Below are positions 26,290 to 39,964 of a stretch of 64,000 bases of DNA, piece by piece (position 1 is the stretch's first letter; every line of letters begins with the position of its first letter). Location: the NCBI GenBank assembly GCA_012295275.1, contig CM022665.1, positions 40,858,001 through 40,922,000 of the forward strand, read 5' to 3'. A program made the position numbers and the translations under genes. The stretch is from Chrysomallon squamiferum. Taxonomy: Eukaryota; Animalia; Mollusca. The notes beneath the pieces are model-generated. The model made no database searches. It had not been told where the DNA came from and worked only from the letters and a program-made list of their open reading frames with translations.

Positions 26290-26658
26290 TTTTTATAATA
26301 ATAACCATTGTGGTGTTTAATGCACCATCATCATCATCATCATCATCACTTGTCAGTGACACTGACATCATTATTATTGTCATTGTCATCATTGCCATTG
26401 TTACTCATCTGTTACCATTATGATTATCTTAAGTGATGTCTGTATCATCATCATTTGACATTGTCATCATCATGTCTTTGACTTTGACAAAGATAATAAT
26501 AAAAATGAAGATGATGATGACATGAACATTAATGATAACAGTTGAGTAGCAGTGGCAATGATGACTATAACTAACAATGATGTCGGTGACATTAACAAAT
26601 GATGATGATGATGACAAAGATGGTATATTAAACACCGTACAGGTTATTGTTATTAAAA
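26290..26658. repeat. Degenerate long palindrome (foldback), about 370 bp
   Basis: 26311-26420 against the reverse complement of 26530-26637 gives about 88/110 identities by hand alignment. The inner segment is also self-complementary around tctttg-actttga-caaaga (about 26475-26493). Confidence 0.85.
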
Positions 26659-28607
26659 TATAATTTGCTTCACTCCCAGTCTCTTTATAATTATTTTATT
26701 CTGTAAACTCTATTCAGTTTCATATACAGTGTAATTAAACCATTTTGTTTTCTCTTCATATCCTGTGTTCTGATAATAAGCTACAGGTATTTTCTGTGAC
26801 TCGTTAGCACAATGAGGTAATTACTCAGGTAATGAGTCTGACCAGCAGCAACAGATGTATGCTGTTACCAGGTTGCTGTTTAAAAAGAACAACACAATAA
26901 TAAGTCATGGAGATTTACTCTTGTTTGACCTTAGACATTATAGTGCTGTGATTATTGTTGTTGTCTAAATTATTATTATTATTATTATTATTATTATTTT
27001 GAATTCAAGCCACCAAATTTAAATTTTGTTATTTTTATTAATCAGTTTATTTATTTTGTTTCATCTGTTTCTCGTAAAATGTGTATTTTGATAATTCACA
27101 ATGTCTGTGTAACATTATGAGAAAGCTTAATAATCCACCACAAAGAATATATATTGTAAGAAATTTAATTTAATTCAGTTTGATTTACAAAATAAAATAA
27201 AACAATAGGAAAAGAAAGGACAACAAGAAAAATAGAGAGAAAAACCCCCAGCAGAGGTAAAAATGTTTTTTCCTTGTTAATTCAAGCAATAAATAATATT
27301 TTTCTTTAAAGTCTTTTTCAGTACAAAACAGCCTTATAATTATGTACAGTGTTAAAATATTAATATTTCCATTAACATACATCACTAATATATAGATTTG
27401 TACCTTTTTTTTTCAATTTTCTTCTGCATTTCCATTTAATTTCAACTAAAAATTAATTTCAGCACCATTTTTCAGTTATAATTTTCTCCTAATGTTTATT
27501 ATTTTCTTTATTTTTGTTTCTTTAATTTATTAACTTTGACTTTCACACAGCATTAAATAACAGATCTTTAAACAAAGACTTACTTTTTAAATATTTATGA
27601 TTTATCACCTGCTTATTTCTGGCTGGGCAGTATTAAAACATTTAAAAGGAAGGGAAAAAAGAAATGTTCAAAGAAAATGGACTGTTAAAATGCTCAGCAC
27701 ATAATTTGATCACTTGAAAACTGAATGAAACCTATTAAATATATATTACTCAACACTTTAAGTAAGGTTTGAAAAGATTGGAGGCAATACTTCATCCATT
27801 TTCTATTTTTTTATTTATTTTTTTATTTATTTATTTATTTATTTATTTTTCTTTTAGTTCAGTAATAACATCACAAGTATTTTATACATGAAGGTAACAG
27901 CGTGTTTGTTTTTCACTTCAGTAACATTTCACACATTTTTCGTTATCTCTGGCAACACTTCAAAGTTGTTTTTCTTCAGTATAATTTTTCACCTCAATAA
28001 ATATTCTCAAATCTACCGAATTTCGGATCCATCCAGGAGTTAGCAGAGTGTCAGAAAGATGTCTCCTGAATCAGACAAGTCTGTTTACACTGGCAGAGTG
28101 ATCAGCCATGCTGTGCTTTTTATATCTGTATATTATTCTTCATTATTAGTATTTAATATCTGTGCTATTTCTAACATCCTTCCGAAAATCTGGATTTTTC
28201 TGTTTTTCCTGACGATTTTCCCCAACTTTTTAGTCCGTTAAATGGAAGGTTGAATGTGTAACAATGAACTGGGCATAAAAAGATAAAAGTTTAATAAGGT
28301 TAACTAAAACCTGTGTAACAAGATTGAGTATATAACATCAAGTTTATAAAAACTGAGTATAACATGAAACAAAACAGATGGAAGTTTTGCATGTCTTTTG
28401 TGGGTTTTTCTTTTATCATAGTTTTGGTTGGGTTTTTTTTTAATATTAGTTGTGTGTGTTTTGTTTTATTATTATTATAATTTTTTTATTATTATTAATT
28501 TTTTATTTATATATTTATTGTTATTATTACTGATATTATTTCGTTATTTATCTGTTGTTTTTGGTTTTGTTGTCATTGTTATTATGATTATGAGGAGGAG
28601 GAGGAGG

Positions 28608-28643
<36 letters not shown>

Positions 28644-30574
28644 GTTCCTTTTTCTTTGTTTTTTTCATCTCCTTTTCATTTATACTTTTATCTTTAGAAT
28701 TAAGCATGAGACTGAAGAGAAAAGATGTAGATTTTTTCCAGAGGCTATTAAAAGGAAATTGGGTCATTAATTTCAGATGTTCAAGGTCAAGACATTCATT
28801 TTTGTTTCTTTTTAGTCTTTTAATTTTTGTTTATTATTATTATTATATTTTTTTTTTTTTTTTAGAATAAATTGTGGCCTTAGGCATTACTGGTCACAGG
28901 ATCAGTCCTTATCAGAGCTCTGACACAAATATTTCCTGCTTCAGTCAGTGACCCTTGATTAGTTTATCAAACTGTTTGGTCTGTAATTTCCAGTCTGAGG
29001 GAAGGCACTAATAAAAGATAATTTTCTGCTACTGAAAAAAGAATAGGCCATTTTATGGTGGGACTGACTTTTGTATGTTTATATTTGCTGTTTTTGCTAT
29101 ACTTTATAATATAAAGCAACAGATTAAAACTGAGAATAAGTGTGTTTGATAAATAAACCCACATTTTCCTCTTAGGTTTTTTTTTTTTTTACTACATTTT
29201 GTCAGGTGTATTTTTTTCTTTCCTTATGGATTTTTTTTCTTTTCATTGCCTTTTTTTTTTTTTTTTTTTTTCTGAGCTTTTTCTCATGTTATATCTTAGA
29301 AATAATTTTGTTAGCTGATGATGGAGTTGTGTCTTAAAAGCAAAATGATGAAAAAAAAGCATGGCACATAAAACAGACTTTTAGAGAATAAATAAATCAT
29401 TAAAATAAATACACACACATATGTTCACACTGATATATATATATATACAGTATCCTGTCTTCTCAAACCATTCATACTAAATATTATATCCTACTAAGCT
29501 ACTTCATACAACCCACATTCATAAAATGACAAATTAGATATAAAACTTCCCACCAAACCTAAACCTGTTTATCCTACCATACATCCTACATGTTCTATCA
29601 CACTATATAATCCTTAAACAAAAAGATGCATTTATTAAACAAAAAGATGGATATACTTAGATGCACAAATGCATGCAAACAAGCTCATATGCACACACGC
29701 ACGCACACATAAACATGCATTTGTGTATGGTACATCCAAATTTTTTATGTAAACTTTTTAAAGTATTATATAATAAAAACTGTGAATGAATGTCATGCAG
29801 ATAAACACAGCTCTCATTGCAGGAAAATTGGCTTGTAAAACAGCAGTAAAATGAGTAAACCAAATTTAATTTAAAAACAAAATAGGAAAAATCTTCAACA
29901 TTTGCAAATTTATGCTGTTATTAAATAAAATGAATTTTAAGTATGATTTAGTTTGCAGATTTTAATGCATACCTTAAAATGATTTTGACAAGTAGAAAGA
30001 TTTGTCTTGTGGCTTTATTTTGAATATTGTTTTCTTAATGTCAGTGAGATCTATTGGTTTTTTATTAAACAGATGACAAAGAAGAATAAATAAGAACAAA
30101 AAAGAGTGAAATTAAAAATAAAACCAAACCAAACGCAAAATAGAAATAGTAATGGTGATAAATGAATAAATTTAATAAATAATTATAATAATTTAGAAAT
30201 AAATAAAATAAAATAATAATAATAATAATAACACAATAACTGCTAAAATAATTTTAAAAACATTTGTCTATAATACATTTTATAATACATTTATACATTA
30301 CTCAATTTCGTTTAAATTACAAGGGCTTGATTTTAAACTAAATTCAATTTTGTTTGAAAGTAACAGATAAATGTTCACCAGCTTACACAGTTAAATAACA
30401 AAACAGTCACAAGGAGGAGACATTTACATAGAACTCCCCAAGGTTTTCAATCTGACTGAATTTAGATTGGAAAATTTTTTAACAAATTTGCTTTGTTTAT
30501 CAATCTCTCTAAAGCACATTGATTAATTTTCTATTATTAGCTTATGGATGTCTTCATAGAAAACTCAAAGGAAT

Positions 30575-30710
30575 TTTCAGTTAACAGCAACATTTTTTTT
30601 ATATATATGCCTTCCCGCATATTGGAAAAAGTATTTAACAAAATATTTGTGGGACATTGTCTGGAATGGGAAAGAGACTTGTGCATTTACTCAGGAGAAC
30701 TGATACTGTA
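30575..30710 (-). mobile_element. Diverged SINE-like fragment
   Basis: Reverse complement tttcccattccagacaatgtcccac...gcgggaaggcatatatataaaaaaaatgttgctgttaa has the same block order as the copies at 43330 and 24415. Confidence 0.55.
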
Positions 30711-32513
30711 AAAAGTCACAAATCCTTTATAAAAAAAAAAATGTTTAGATATATATATATATATTGTCAGACTCATATAAACTGAGGGTAGAGAGATTAA
30801 AATTTGAAATGATAGCCTAGAATGGAATAAATTTTAAAAGAGAGAGATGCAGCTGTTTAATTTTTATGTTCTGTGAGACAGCTGTTGGCATAAGCAAAAT
30901 ATTAGAAATATATTCTTGTATATTGTTAATGAAAACTCCAACAACAAAACAGAATCTCTGACTAAATGTTGTTGCTGCTGTTTGCTGTTGCTGTTGTTAC
31001 AGACTGAGGATCCTGAAATGTGACACTTTTTTGTGAAAAGCTGAGTTTGTGATATATTATATTTTCTGATAGATGTAGCATTCACAAACCTTATTTCATG
31101 CACACATTTATTAAAAGCATTATATAAAATACCTGAAGCATATCTGTATTATGACTGTAATAGCATACACTTCTGAAAACCATGATTGAAATAAAGCACA
31201 AAACAATGTACTGAAAAAGAACACAATACTTCTGTTATGGCTAACTTAAATTTATTAAAGCTGAATCAGTGACAGAGATAACTATTATTTATTAAAATTC
31301 TCATTAATGACAGTACTGTAAGAAGATCTGGCTATGTCAAACTTTGTCTTTTAGGTTAGAGTTTCTAAAGCAATGAAGTCAAATATGAAAAGAAATGTAA
31401 AAATAAAGTAGACAGTTTTCTCACGTTTCCAGGACTAATATAACTGCAAAACAATTAAAATGGTTCTGATGACAGGAAACACCAGAAATTTAGATATTCG
31501 TGTCCATCAAAGTAATATTAAACTATTAATTAACCTAGATGAAAATGACAGGTAAAAAAAAAAAAAAATAAAGATAAAAGAGAGAGAGACATTAACAGTA
31601 CTACATATTTATCCAGATTCCAGAAAAAAAAGCCTTTACAAATGATTAATTTGTATCCATAATAGAATAGTAATAAAACTGAAAAAAACAAAACATACAA
31701 AACTAGTAAATATATTAATAGTAATTATAATAGGAACTGCCAAAACGATTCCGGTAGTAGCAGTAATAATATTAAGATATTATTTTTATAACTGACAGTA
31801 ACAATTGCAATGAAATAATTGTTTTCTTTTTCAGAATTGCTTAATATTTAAATCTTCGGTTTTACTAGAAAATAGTTGTACACCATTAAATCAATTTTAT
31901 TCTGTACAATTTTTCAGAATTACTTGTTTTAAAATGTAACTATTACACCTTTTAAATCCAGGAATAAATAAAACTAAGCTGTTAAATGCAAGAAAAAATA
32001 AAAAAAATAAAATAAAAAACGAACATTGCAAAGTCTTTGGTGACTTTTTGCACAACCGAAATCAATTGGACTGAACTTTATAAGACTGAACATTCCATTG
32101 TTACGACAAAACCTTCTAACCTGATGGTATAATGGTCCTCATGGATATCATGTTTTTATTAATTTATATTCAAAAATTATTAATACTTATATATATATAT
32201 ATATATATAAAATGTTAATCTGATATAATATTATTTAAAAAAAATAATAATAATAAAAAATTCCTGGGTAAAAAAGTAAATATTCATTATGATTCTTTTA
32301 CTGTTTGAATTTGTTGTTAGGGATTAAATTAATTTCTTAAGTAAATATGTCACACTGTGGTGATATTTTGTAAGAAACTTTCATTTTAATTAATATACTG
32401 AATTTTTAAAATTATTATTAAATGAAATAAAATGAAATAAAATAGTCAGTGTGTTTATTAATGTTTTTGTCATGTGTGCCATAACTGAAAAACAAAACAA
32501 ACAATTAAATATA

Positions 32514-32515
<2 letters not shown>

Positions 32516-32609
<94 letters not shown>

Positions 32610-32639
32610 GTGTGTGTGTGTGTGTGTAAGTGTGTGTGT
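32516..32639. repeat. Compound (CT)n-(GT)n microsatellite
   Basis: Directly visible. Confidence 0.95.
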
Positions 32640-34173
32640 ACTCTATTTTATAAAAAAATATTTTATATTAATATATTAATTTGTCATTCAGATATTGATG
32701 GTTGATTATAGTATATTCTTTTATTGAATAAATATTCATTTTTAAAAGATTTTTAAAAGTATATATTAACAATACATCCTGACAAGTGGAACCTGGCTAG
32801 AATTGGAAATTATTCTATTATTATTATTACTGTTTTGTGAAAGATGTAAGATTTTTATTTTTGGAAATACGATTCTGGTTAGATATAATTGTATTAATTT
32901 AAATAATGAAAGTCCAAAAGTTAGTTATTTCCAGTATTTAATTTTAATATTTCAGAAAAAAATAATGAAAAAGGAAAGAAAGAAAGAGACAAAAACAAAG
33001 ACTAATTGGGCAAATTTAATATCCTGGTAGCCAATATTAACAATGTTAAAAAATACCAATTTTGTACTAGTGTGTTCATAATTAAATAGCCATAACGGGT
33101 TATTGTCAAAGGATAAGAGAAACATTAGTACATATTTCCCAGCAAATGGGATTTTGATGTGATATTTATCTGAGAAAGCTTTAATGGGATTCATGTTTAC
33201 TGCTAAAAAAAATACATAAAATAAGTATCCAACACTCAAATTTTAGACATGTTCATAATTTGCAATTCACTCCAAAGGTACTTTAACAGTTTCTGTAAGT
33301 TTTATATTATTATTATTATTATTATTATTTTATTTATTTGTTTTGACATTTTTACTTACACAGAAAACAAAAGATACAGCTATTGAAATGATACAAATCA
33401 TATTGTTTGTATGATGCTTCAATATATATTTATTTTAAGCTTAAAAGTTGGCAGTGCATATTTTGTGTTAAGCACATAATTACCAAGTCAGTTCTTTCAT
33501 TCATGCAATAAATCTCATATTTAACAAATTCTGATTTCAGCTTCAGAAGAAGAATACTACTGTGTAGAAGCTGACATTTAAATAGATAAACAAATAAACA
33601 AACAACAAACACATTCCGTGATAGATAAGTTTTGTCATCTTAAATTACATTTAACTGCTTGATGCATTAAGCTCAGTGTCTGCTCAAAATTACATCTTAG
33701 AAATCATTTCCAATAATTTTCATGATAACAGATAACAGCCGACAGTGAAAGTAAATTAAAACCTGGATAAGTTAATACTCACATGCTCATAATCAACATT
33801 TATGGATCAGCATTATTTTCATGGCCACAGATGGAATTGTACATCACACAAGTTAAAAACTGATCATTTTCCTTTAGTATTATGTGTAATAAAAACACCC
33901 CATCACAAGCACACACACACACACTTATGCATGCATGCACACATGCACATACATAATACATACATAATGTACATATACACACATATACATACATACATAT
34001 ATATACATACATGAACACATACATATATATATATATGTATGAATAAATAGAAAAAGGACATATAATAAATATGTTCAATATTAATAACCAAATTTTTTTT
34101 ATCTGCATAAAATCTCTTAAATTTTCTAGTCAATAAAATTAAGTTTATCTTTTTCACTTAATAATCAAAAAAG

Positions 34174-34209
<36 letters not shown>

Positions 34210-34879
34210 GTTCACAGACATATTCATTAACTGAATACAAGACAGTCCCAAAGGATATGCATCAGTGTTACTGGTATACAAGGTTTATTATATCAGTGAG
34301 ATTTATTTCTGTATACTGATACGAATATGTGAAAGATATACACTACCTGTCTGCCTGTTACACAATCAGAGAGTTACACTTTACTGCCACAAACAATTAG
34401 ACATTGATTTTATATGATGTCTGTGCTAGAAGAATACTTAAAACAGAGGTTTATCCTGTTTCAGTTATGAAATACTTGTTCAGAGTAATAATTATACTCT
34501 ACTGTAATAACGTTAGTTTATTATTTCTACGTTGTTCATACGAACATGTAGGTGTAGCTATAGAGTTACACGCATACAAACACTCGTGTTTTGATATACT
34601 CATCAAACATTAATAACTACCTACCTGTTTATGCATATGCATGTATATACATACATAGACACGTACATAGATAATATATTTGCTTATTATCTACCCTCAT
34701 ATGAAAACAAGGACAAAAAGATAGTAGACAAATGTATATAATCAAATTCAGATATATATCCATCTGTCTATCCATACATATGTGTGTGTATGTCTGTTTT
34801 ATATATATATATATATAAAATCACACAGACACACAAGTATACACAGAAACTCACACAAATACATACACATACAAACTCA

Positions 34880-34880
<1 letters not shown>

Positions 34881-34919
<39 letters not shown>
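34881..34919. repeat. (CA)n microsatellite
   Basis: Directly visible. Confidence 0.95.
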
Positions 34920-34921
<2 letters not shown>

Positions 34922-35329
34922 TACAGTAGACACCCATCAGAAAAACACATACTGTGATATACAAAACTTATATTGGTCACATGAAGCCAGTCAATGATTG
35001 ACTTGGGTGGGGAACATTTCTCTGATATTGATTGTCTACTAACTGCCTGTTGTGCTGGCGCTATCCAATCCTACAAGTTCTATTAGCACTAAGTCTAGGT
35101 AAATGAGTGACAGTTTTGCTTAGGCCTATGTATGTGGCAAGCGAGAGAGGAGTTGTCTTATATTAAGTATTGTGCTACCACAGTTTGGTATCACTTGTGT
35201 TCATTAGGAGATAAACACTGCCAGTCAAACGATGTTAGCCAGGCTGAGAGTGGTGAAATATGTACTGCATTCATAGCTATTAGTCGACCATTTGTGTGTT
35301 TGGTTCTCTTCACATTGCTGTGTGATCAT

Positions 35330-35860
35330 TTTCAATACTATCTGATATTAAAATATTTCTAAGGAACGTTTTTTTTTTCAAATGTTTTTTTTCCCCACAC
35401 AAAGTTTGGACTAGTAAGTTACGATTTTGAAGATAACCTGAAATCAAAATATTTCACAAAGTTTGGACTATTGAATTATAATTTTGGACTATTCAAAGTG
35501 TTTCTAAGGAACATTTTTTCATAAAGTTTGGACTACTGAATTATAATTTTGAAGACTCTCTGAAGTTAAAATATTTCTGAGGAACTGGTTTTCAAGAAGT
35601 TTGCACTACCAAATTTTTACTTTGAAGAGTCATCTTTTTTTTTTAACTGCAAAGCTCTTTTTAACAGTGATGATTTTGCTTAATATCTTACAGTGAAATA
35701 TTTCTGACTAAATCTGGACTACCAGATAATAATTTTGAAGAATACCTCACTTTGACATTTATGTGGAACTTCATTTCAGAAATTTACACGTGAATAATAA
35801 TCTTGTAAAATACCTCATTTTAAAATATTTCTTTGGAACTGTCTTTGACAAGTTTTGTCA
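35330..35860. repeat. Degenerate tandem repeat of about 57-75 bp
   Basis: aaagtttggacta recurs at about 35401, 35458 and 35523, with a variant near 35597. aattttgaaga and aaaatatttct.aggaac blocks also recur. Confidence 0.75.
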
Positions 35861-36267
35861 CCTTCAAAAGAATTGCTCTAGGTTGGAATTTTGAATTCTA
35901 TTCATTTTGATTACTTTTAGATCTTTTGTTTTTATTTTACTTTAAAATGAAATAAAGATCTTACAAAAAAAATAAAAAAAAACAACCATTTTCTTTTTGG
36001 AAGTGGTCAGTCAAGAAAGAATTCCCTGTTCAGAATAAGTGAACAACTTTAGTATATTTCTAATTAAAGAAAAGAAAGTTCACATTAAAGACCACAACTG
36101 TGCCTTCATTAAAGTGTTAGAAAGAAACACAAATCAGAATAAGAAAAGAAAATCTTGAGTAAAGTGTCTGTCTGCATTTCCTCAGTCATGTGAATGACAT
36201 TTCATGTGCCTTGTATCATCACGGAAACATTCTGACCACATTGGTTTGAGCTTGGAATAATACCGGT

Positions 36268-36490
36268 GAGTCTGGAATTTTAATTATTTCTTCTATGTCT
36301 AGAAATTCAATAAATACTGCTATCTGTAGAATTTTCTATAAAAAATAAATAAAAGAGCTACGTTTCGAATTTTCAATGAATGATACTCGTACGTCTAGAA
36401 TCTTCAATACGTGGTGATGTGTTACATCTAGAATTTTAAACAAATGCTATGGCATGACTAGTATTTTCAGTAAATGATACTGGTTTGATA
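36268..36490. repeat. Degenerate tandem repeat of about 30-33 bp (tacgtctagaattttcaataaatg-like)
   Basis: tctagaa/tgtagaa followed by ttttcaat.aat recurs about 6-7 times. Confidence 0.6.
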
Positions 36491-36669
36491 TGCTGCAGTA
36501 AGACATTGATAAATATGATGATCATGGTAACAGTGACAGTTACTCATGTTTTGACTTGACACTTACAACAGTTTTTTTCTGCTACGATGTTTTAAATGAC
36601 CAAACTTAATGCCACTGAAAGACCGTATTTTGTCGTCAATAATCTCTTATGTGATAACAGAGAATGTCT

Positions 36670-37070
36670 TTTTTTTTTCACTTGTCACACTTAATGAATT
36701 TTATATCTGACAAACATGCACACACGTAAATACACTCACACATGTTTTTGTGTGTGTTTTTGTTTTTTTAGTTTGACCACAGTAAACAACTTTTTTCATT
36801 TGACTAATTTGCTTTTTTACTTAACCACATACAATGACCTTTTTCCACTTGACAACAAAGAATGGCTTTTTTAAACTTGACCACAAAAATACAAATACCA
36901 TAAAGGATCTATAACTCTACAGAGATTGCAAAATGAAAAGGATTTATTTTCCTATACACCATTGAAGGATTTTAGTTGTTCCTCTACATCAGTGAACGAT
37001 TTTAGCTTTTCCCATAAATTAGTGATGGTTTTTAATTTCTTTTATGCGTTACTGACAGATTTTAACTCTT
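36670..37070. repeat. Two adjacent degenerate tandem repeats of about 30 bp
   Basis: ttttt.acttgaccaca-like units span 36670-36890, then tgaaggattttag.tttcc-like units span 36900-37070. Confidence 0.5.
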
Positions 37071-37099
37071 CTTGGAGTTGAGAAAGTTTTGTTTTAAAT

Positions 37100-37293
37100 G
37101 GATTTCTCTTACACTTCCCATTTCTTTTTTTCATTATTTTCTTTGTATTTCTCTTTTTTTTTTCTTCTTTTTTCTTTTTTCTCATTCTTTCTCTTTTTTC
37201 TTTTCTTTTTCTTTCTTTTCATTTTTTTTTTTTTTTTTTTCATTTTTTTTTTTTTTTCTTTCATTTTATTCTTCTTCTTTTATTTGTTTTTTC
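37100..37293. repeat. T/C-rich low-complexity tract
   Basis: About 190 bp of almost pure pyrimidine on the + strand; it is the source of the Phe/Ser-rich spurious ORFs. Confidence 0.9.
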
Positions 37294-39964
37294 TGAAGTA
37301 ATCTATTTTAAAAGCCAGACTCAGTTTTTAAATGCTTTGTTGACAATGTCCAGTGAAACTGAAACAAAACAGTTTTCTTTATATTGTCTCTTTCTTTAGC
37401 TAATACTTGTTTTATTAATATTACATGTCTTTTATACAGACTTTCTTTTGTCTGAGCTGGATGTATTGTTATTTCTTTGTTTTATTTTAAAAAGGGAAAC
37501 TTTTTTTTTAAATAAAGAGAAAAGAAACTGAAAAAACAAATGAAAAAACAAATAAATAAGAAAATACAGAAAAAGGATAAATAATGAAAAGTGAAAGAAA
37601 ATAAATTAAAAAATTATGTTAAATATTTAAAGTATTTAAAAAATCAATCTTGAGTTATATTATTTGTTTCTAGATAATACTGATTTGTTTTGTGTTGCTT
37701 TTAGAAATATAAGTATTGAAAAAGTGTTTTTTTTTTTTTTTTTTTTTTTTTTTTGGTTATTTTATTGTTATTCTTAGGATTTACTATGGATTACTAAACA
37801 TTATTCTTAAAAAAAATTATTTAAAAGATTTTTTTTTATTATTATTTAGTGATCTGCTCATCAAACTTTCTTAAAAAAAAAAAAACATTATGTATTTATT
37901 TATTATTTCATTATTATTAATATTTTTTTATTTTGCAATTAAGTTTATTAATATAAAAATATTTTACAACAATTAGCCATTGATATCTGCTGACACTTAA
38001 TGATATTAAAATTTATATCAGAAAGAACATGACAAATGTTATTGCACTTATTTATTTATTCATTTCAATTATTATTTTTTGATTTAGTATTGCAATCTTT
38101 GTAAACATCATAACCACAATGAGGGATTATTATATTTAGATTCTTTAATGGAATATATTAGCTTTAACAGCTAGGAACTGCTATTGGAAAATGTATCGTT
38201 CCTCTATTTTTCTTTCTCTCTCTTGTTACATTGTTGTTGTTGTTGTTGTCTGATTATGTTTTATATCTGCTGGTTTCCTGTTAATATCAGAAAGATTACA
38301 GACCATGGTATGGAAACCTGTCATTTATCTTCAGTTTCTGTTTTCCATCTGATGTGTTAAGAACAATCATCCACATGCTGCTGTGTGTTGTTCAGTGTAA
38401 ATCTCTACAGAGTAAAAGTTAGTCTTGCTGAAACGTGGCAAATTGAGTTTTTTCTTTCTTCTGTTACACACTACACCACACACATGGTGCGCTGTACACT
38501 GCTGTGTGTACTTGTTAAATGATAAAAGATTAAACAGAATCTAGATCTGCCAAATGTACTTTTGAAATGAAAAACGAATAAGAAAAAAAAAAAAAAAAAA
38601 AAAAAAAAGGAAAAAAAAAAGACTAAATCAAATTAAAAAATAGAATCTGTTGCGGTTCTGAAGCTAAATAATGGAAGAGAGTCTGTATTAAGAGTGTTGG
38701 TTTGCAGGTTCAGATTTCATGTTGGGCTTATTTCCAATTCCAACCAGTTAACTCACAGTTAGAATATTACTCTCATATAACATTATGTGTATCAGAAAAT
38801 AGGTATCACAGATTCTTTTTTACTTTGTTTACCTCAGATGAATTTATGGATTTAGAGTTGTTGATCACTTTCTTCAAGACTGTCCACCATGTTATTTCCC
38901 TTTCTAACCAGCTACTCTGACAGGACCAACATGTATATTTTTTCACTCCAAGTCTAATAGATGTCAAATATGAAAGATCCTCACTGCTAATTCCTTCATC
39001 TCATGTAAATTCATGATTACTACAAATAAATACATATTTTAAAAGACAGTGTCTACAAGTAACTCCAGCTGGTTGTGACAGAGTGTAACACAGACTGAGT
39101 TTTTTCCCATTCCTGCCCACTGCTCTATGTCTGCTTATAAATAATGACTAAATAAAAAATGAAATAAAATAAATAATAAATAATAATAAAAAGAAATAAA
39201 ATCAATAATAAATAAAGAAAGAAATAATGAAATAAGATCAATAAAAAACCAATAATGAAATAAAATACAAAATGTACCATTTCTCAGTAATGGCAGATAT
39301 TTTTATTATTATTATTATTATTATTATTGTTATTATTAATGGCTGTAATATCTTCTAAATGTCACATGTTTATATTAGTAGAAACTCTCAGCCAGTACTC
39401 TGTATTGCCAAACCTCGTTTTATTATTATTATTATTATTTTTTATTTATTTACTTTGTATTTTTGTATTTTTTTTTCCATTCACTGTCTAGCATCATAAC
39501 CTGATGTCCAATAACATTTTTATGTATCTGTGCTGGATTGATTTTGACACTGTTTCCTTTCACTGGGAAGCCATTAATGGTTTAGCACGCATAACGTGCA
39601 AAGAAAAATCCATTACCCAACAAACCAAGACAACTTGATTTTCTAGCTCAACTGTTCCGCGTTCATTCATCGTTTCCGGCAGGCCCCCGATAAAACAGCT
39701 TTCTTTTTCATTTTATTGTTTCTTCTTTAGCTTATCTCCGTGTTCAGTCACAATACGTAGATATCTTAGATGATTTATTGTATAGGAAAAAGAACAAAAA
39801 CGACAGTGAACCGTGAAATGTTTTGATGAAGATGTACATAATCAAAACAAATCTCAGTATAAAACAGTATTTTTTTTTCTTTACAAGTTAACAGAACACA
39901 CCTTCACTTAGTAAGAGCCTCCGCTTGAGAGCCAAGACAAAGCATTCAAATATTGGCTTATCAG

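Noticed and set aside
31460-31490. Hammerhead-ribozyme-like core CTGATGA-cag-GAAAC (similar cores near 15177 and 54267)
   Set aside because: No stem II and no consistent stem I/III pairing with a valid NUH cleavage triplet.
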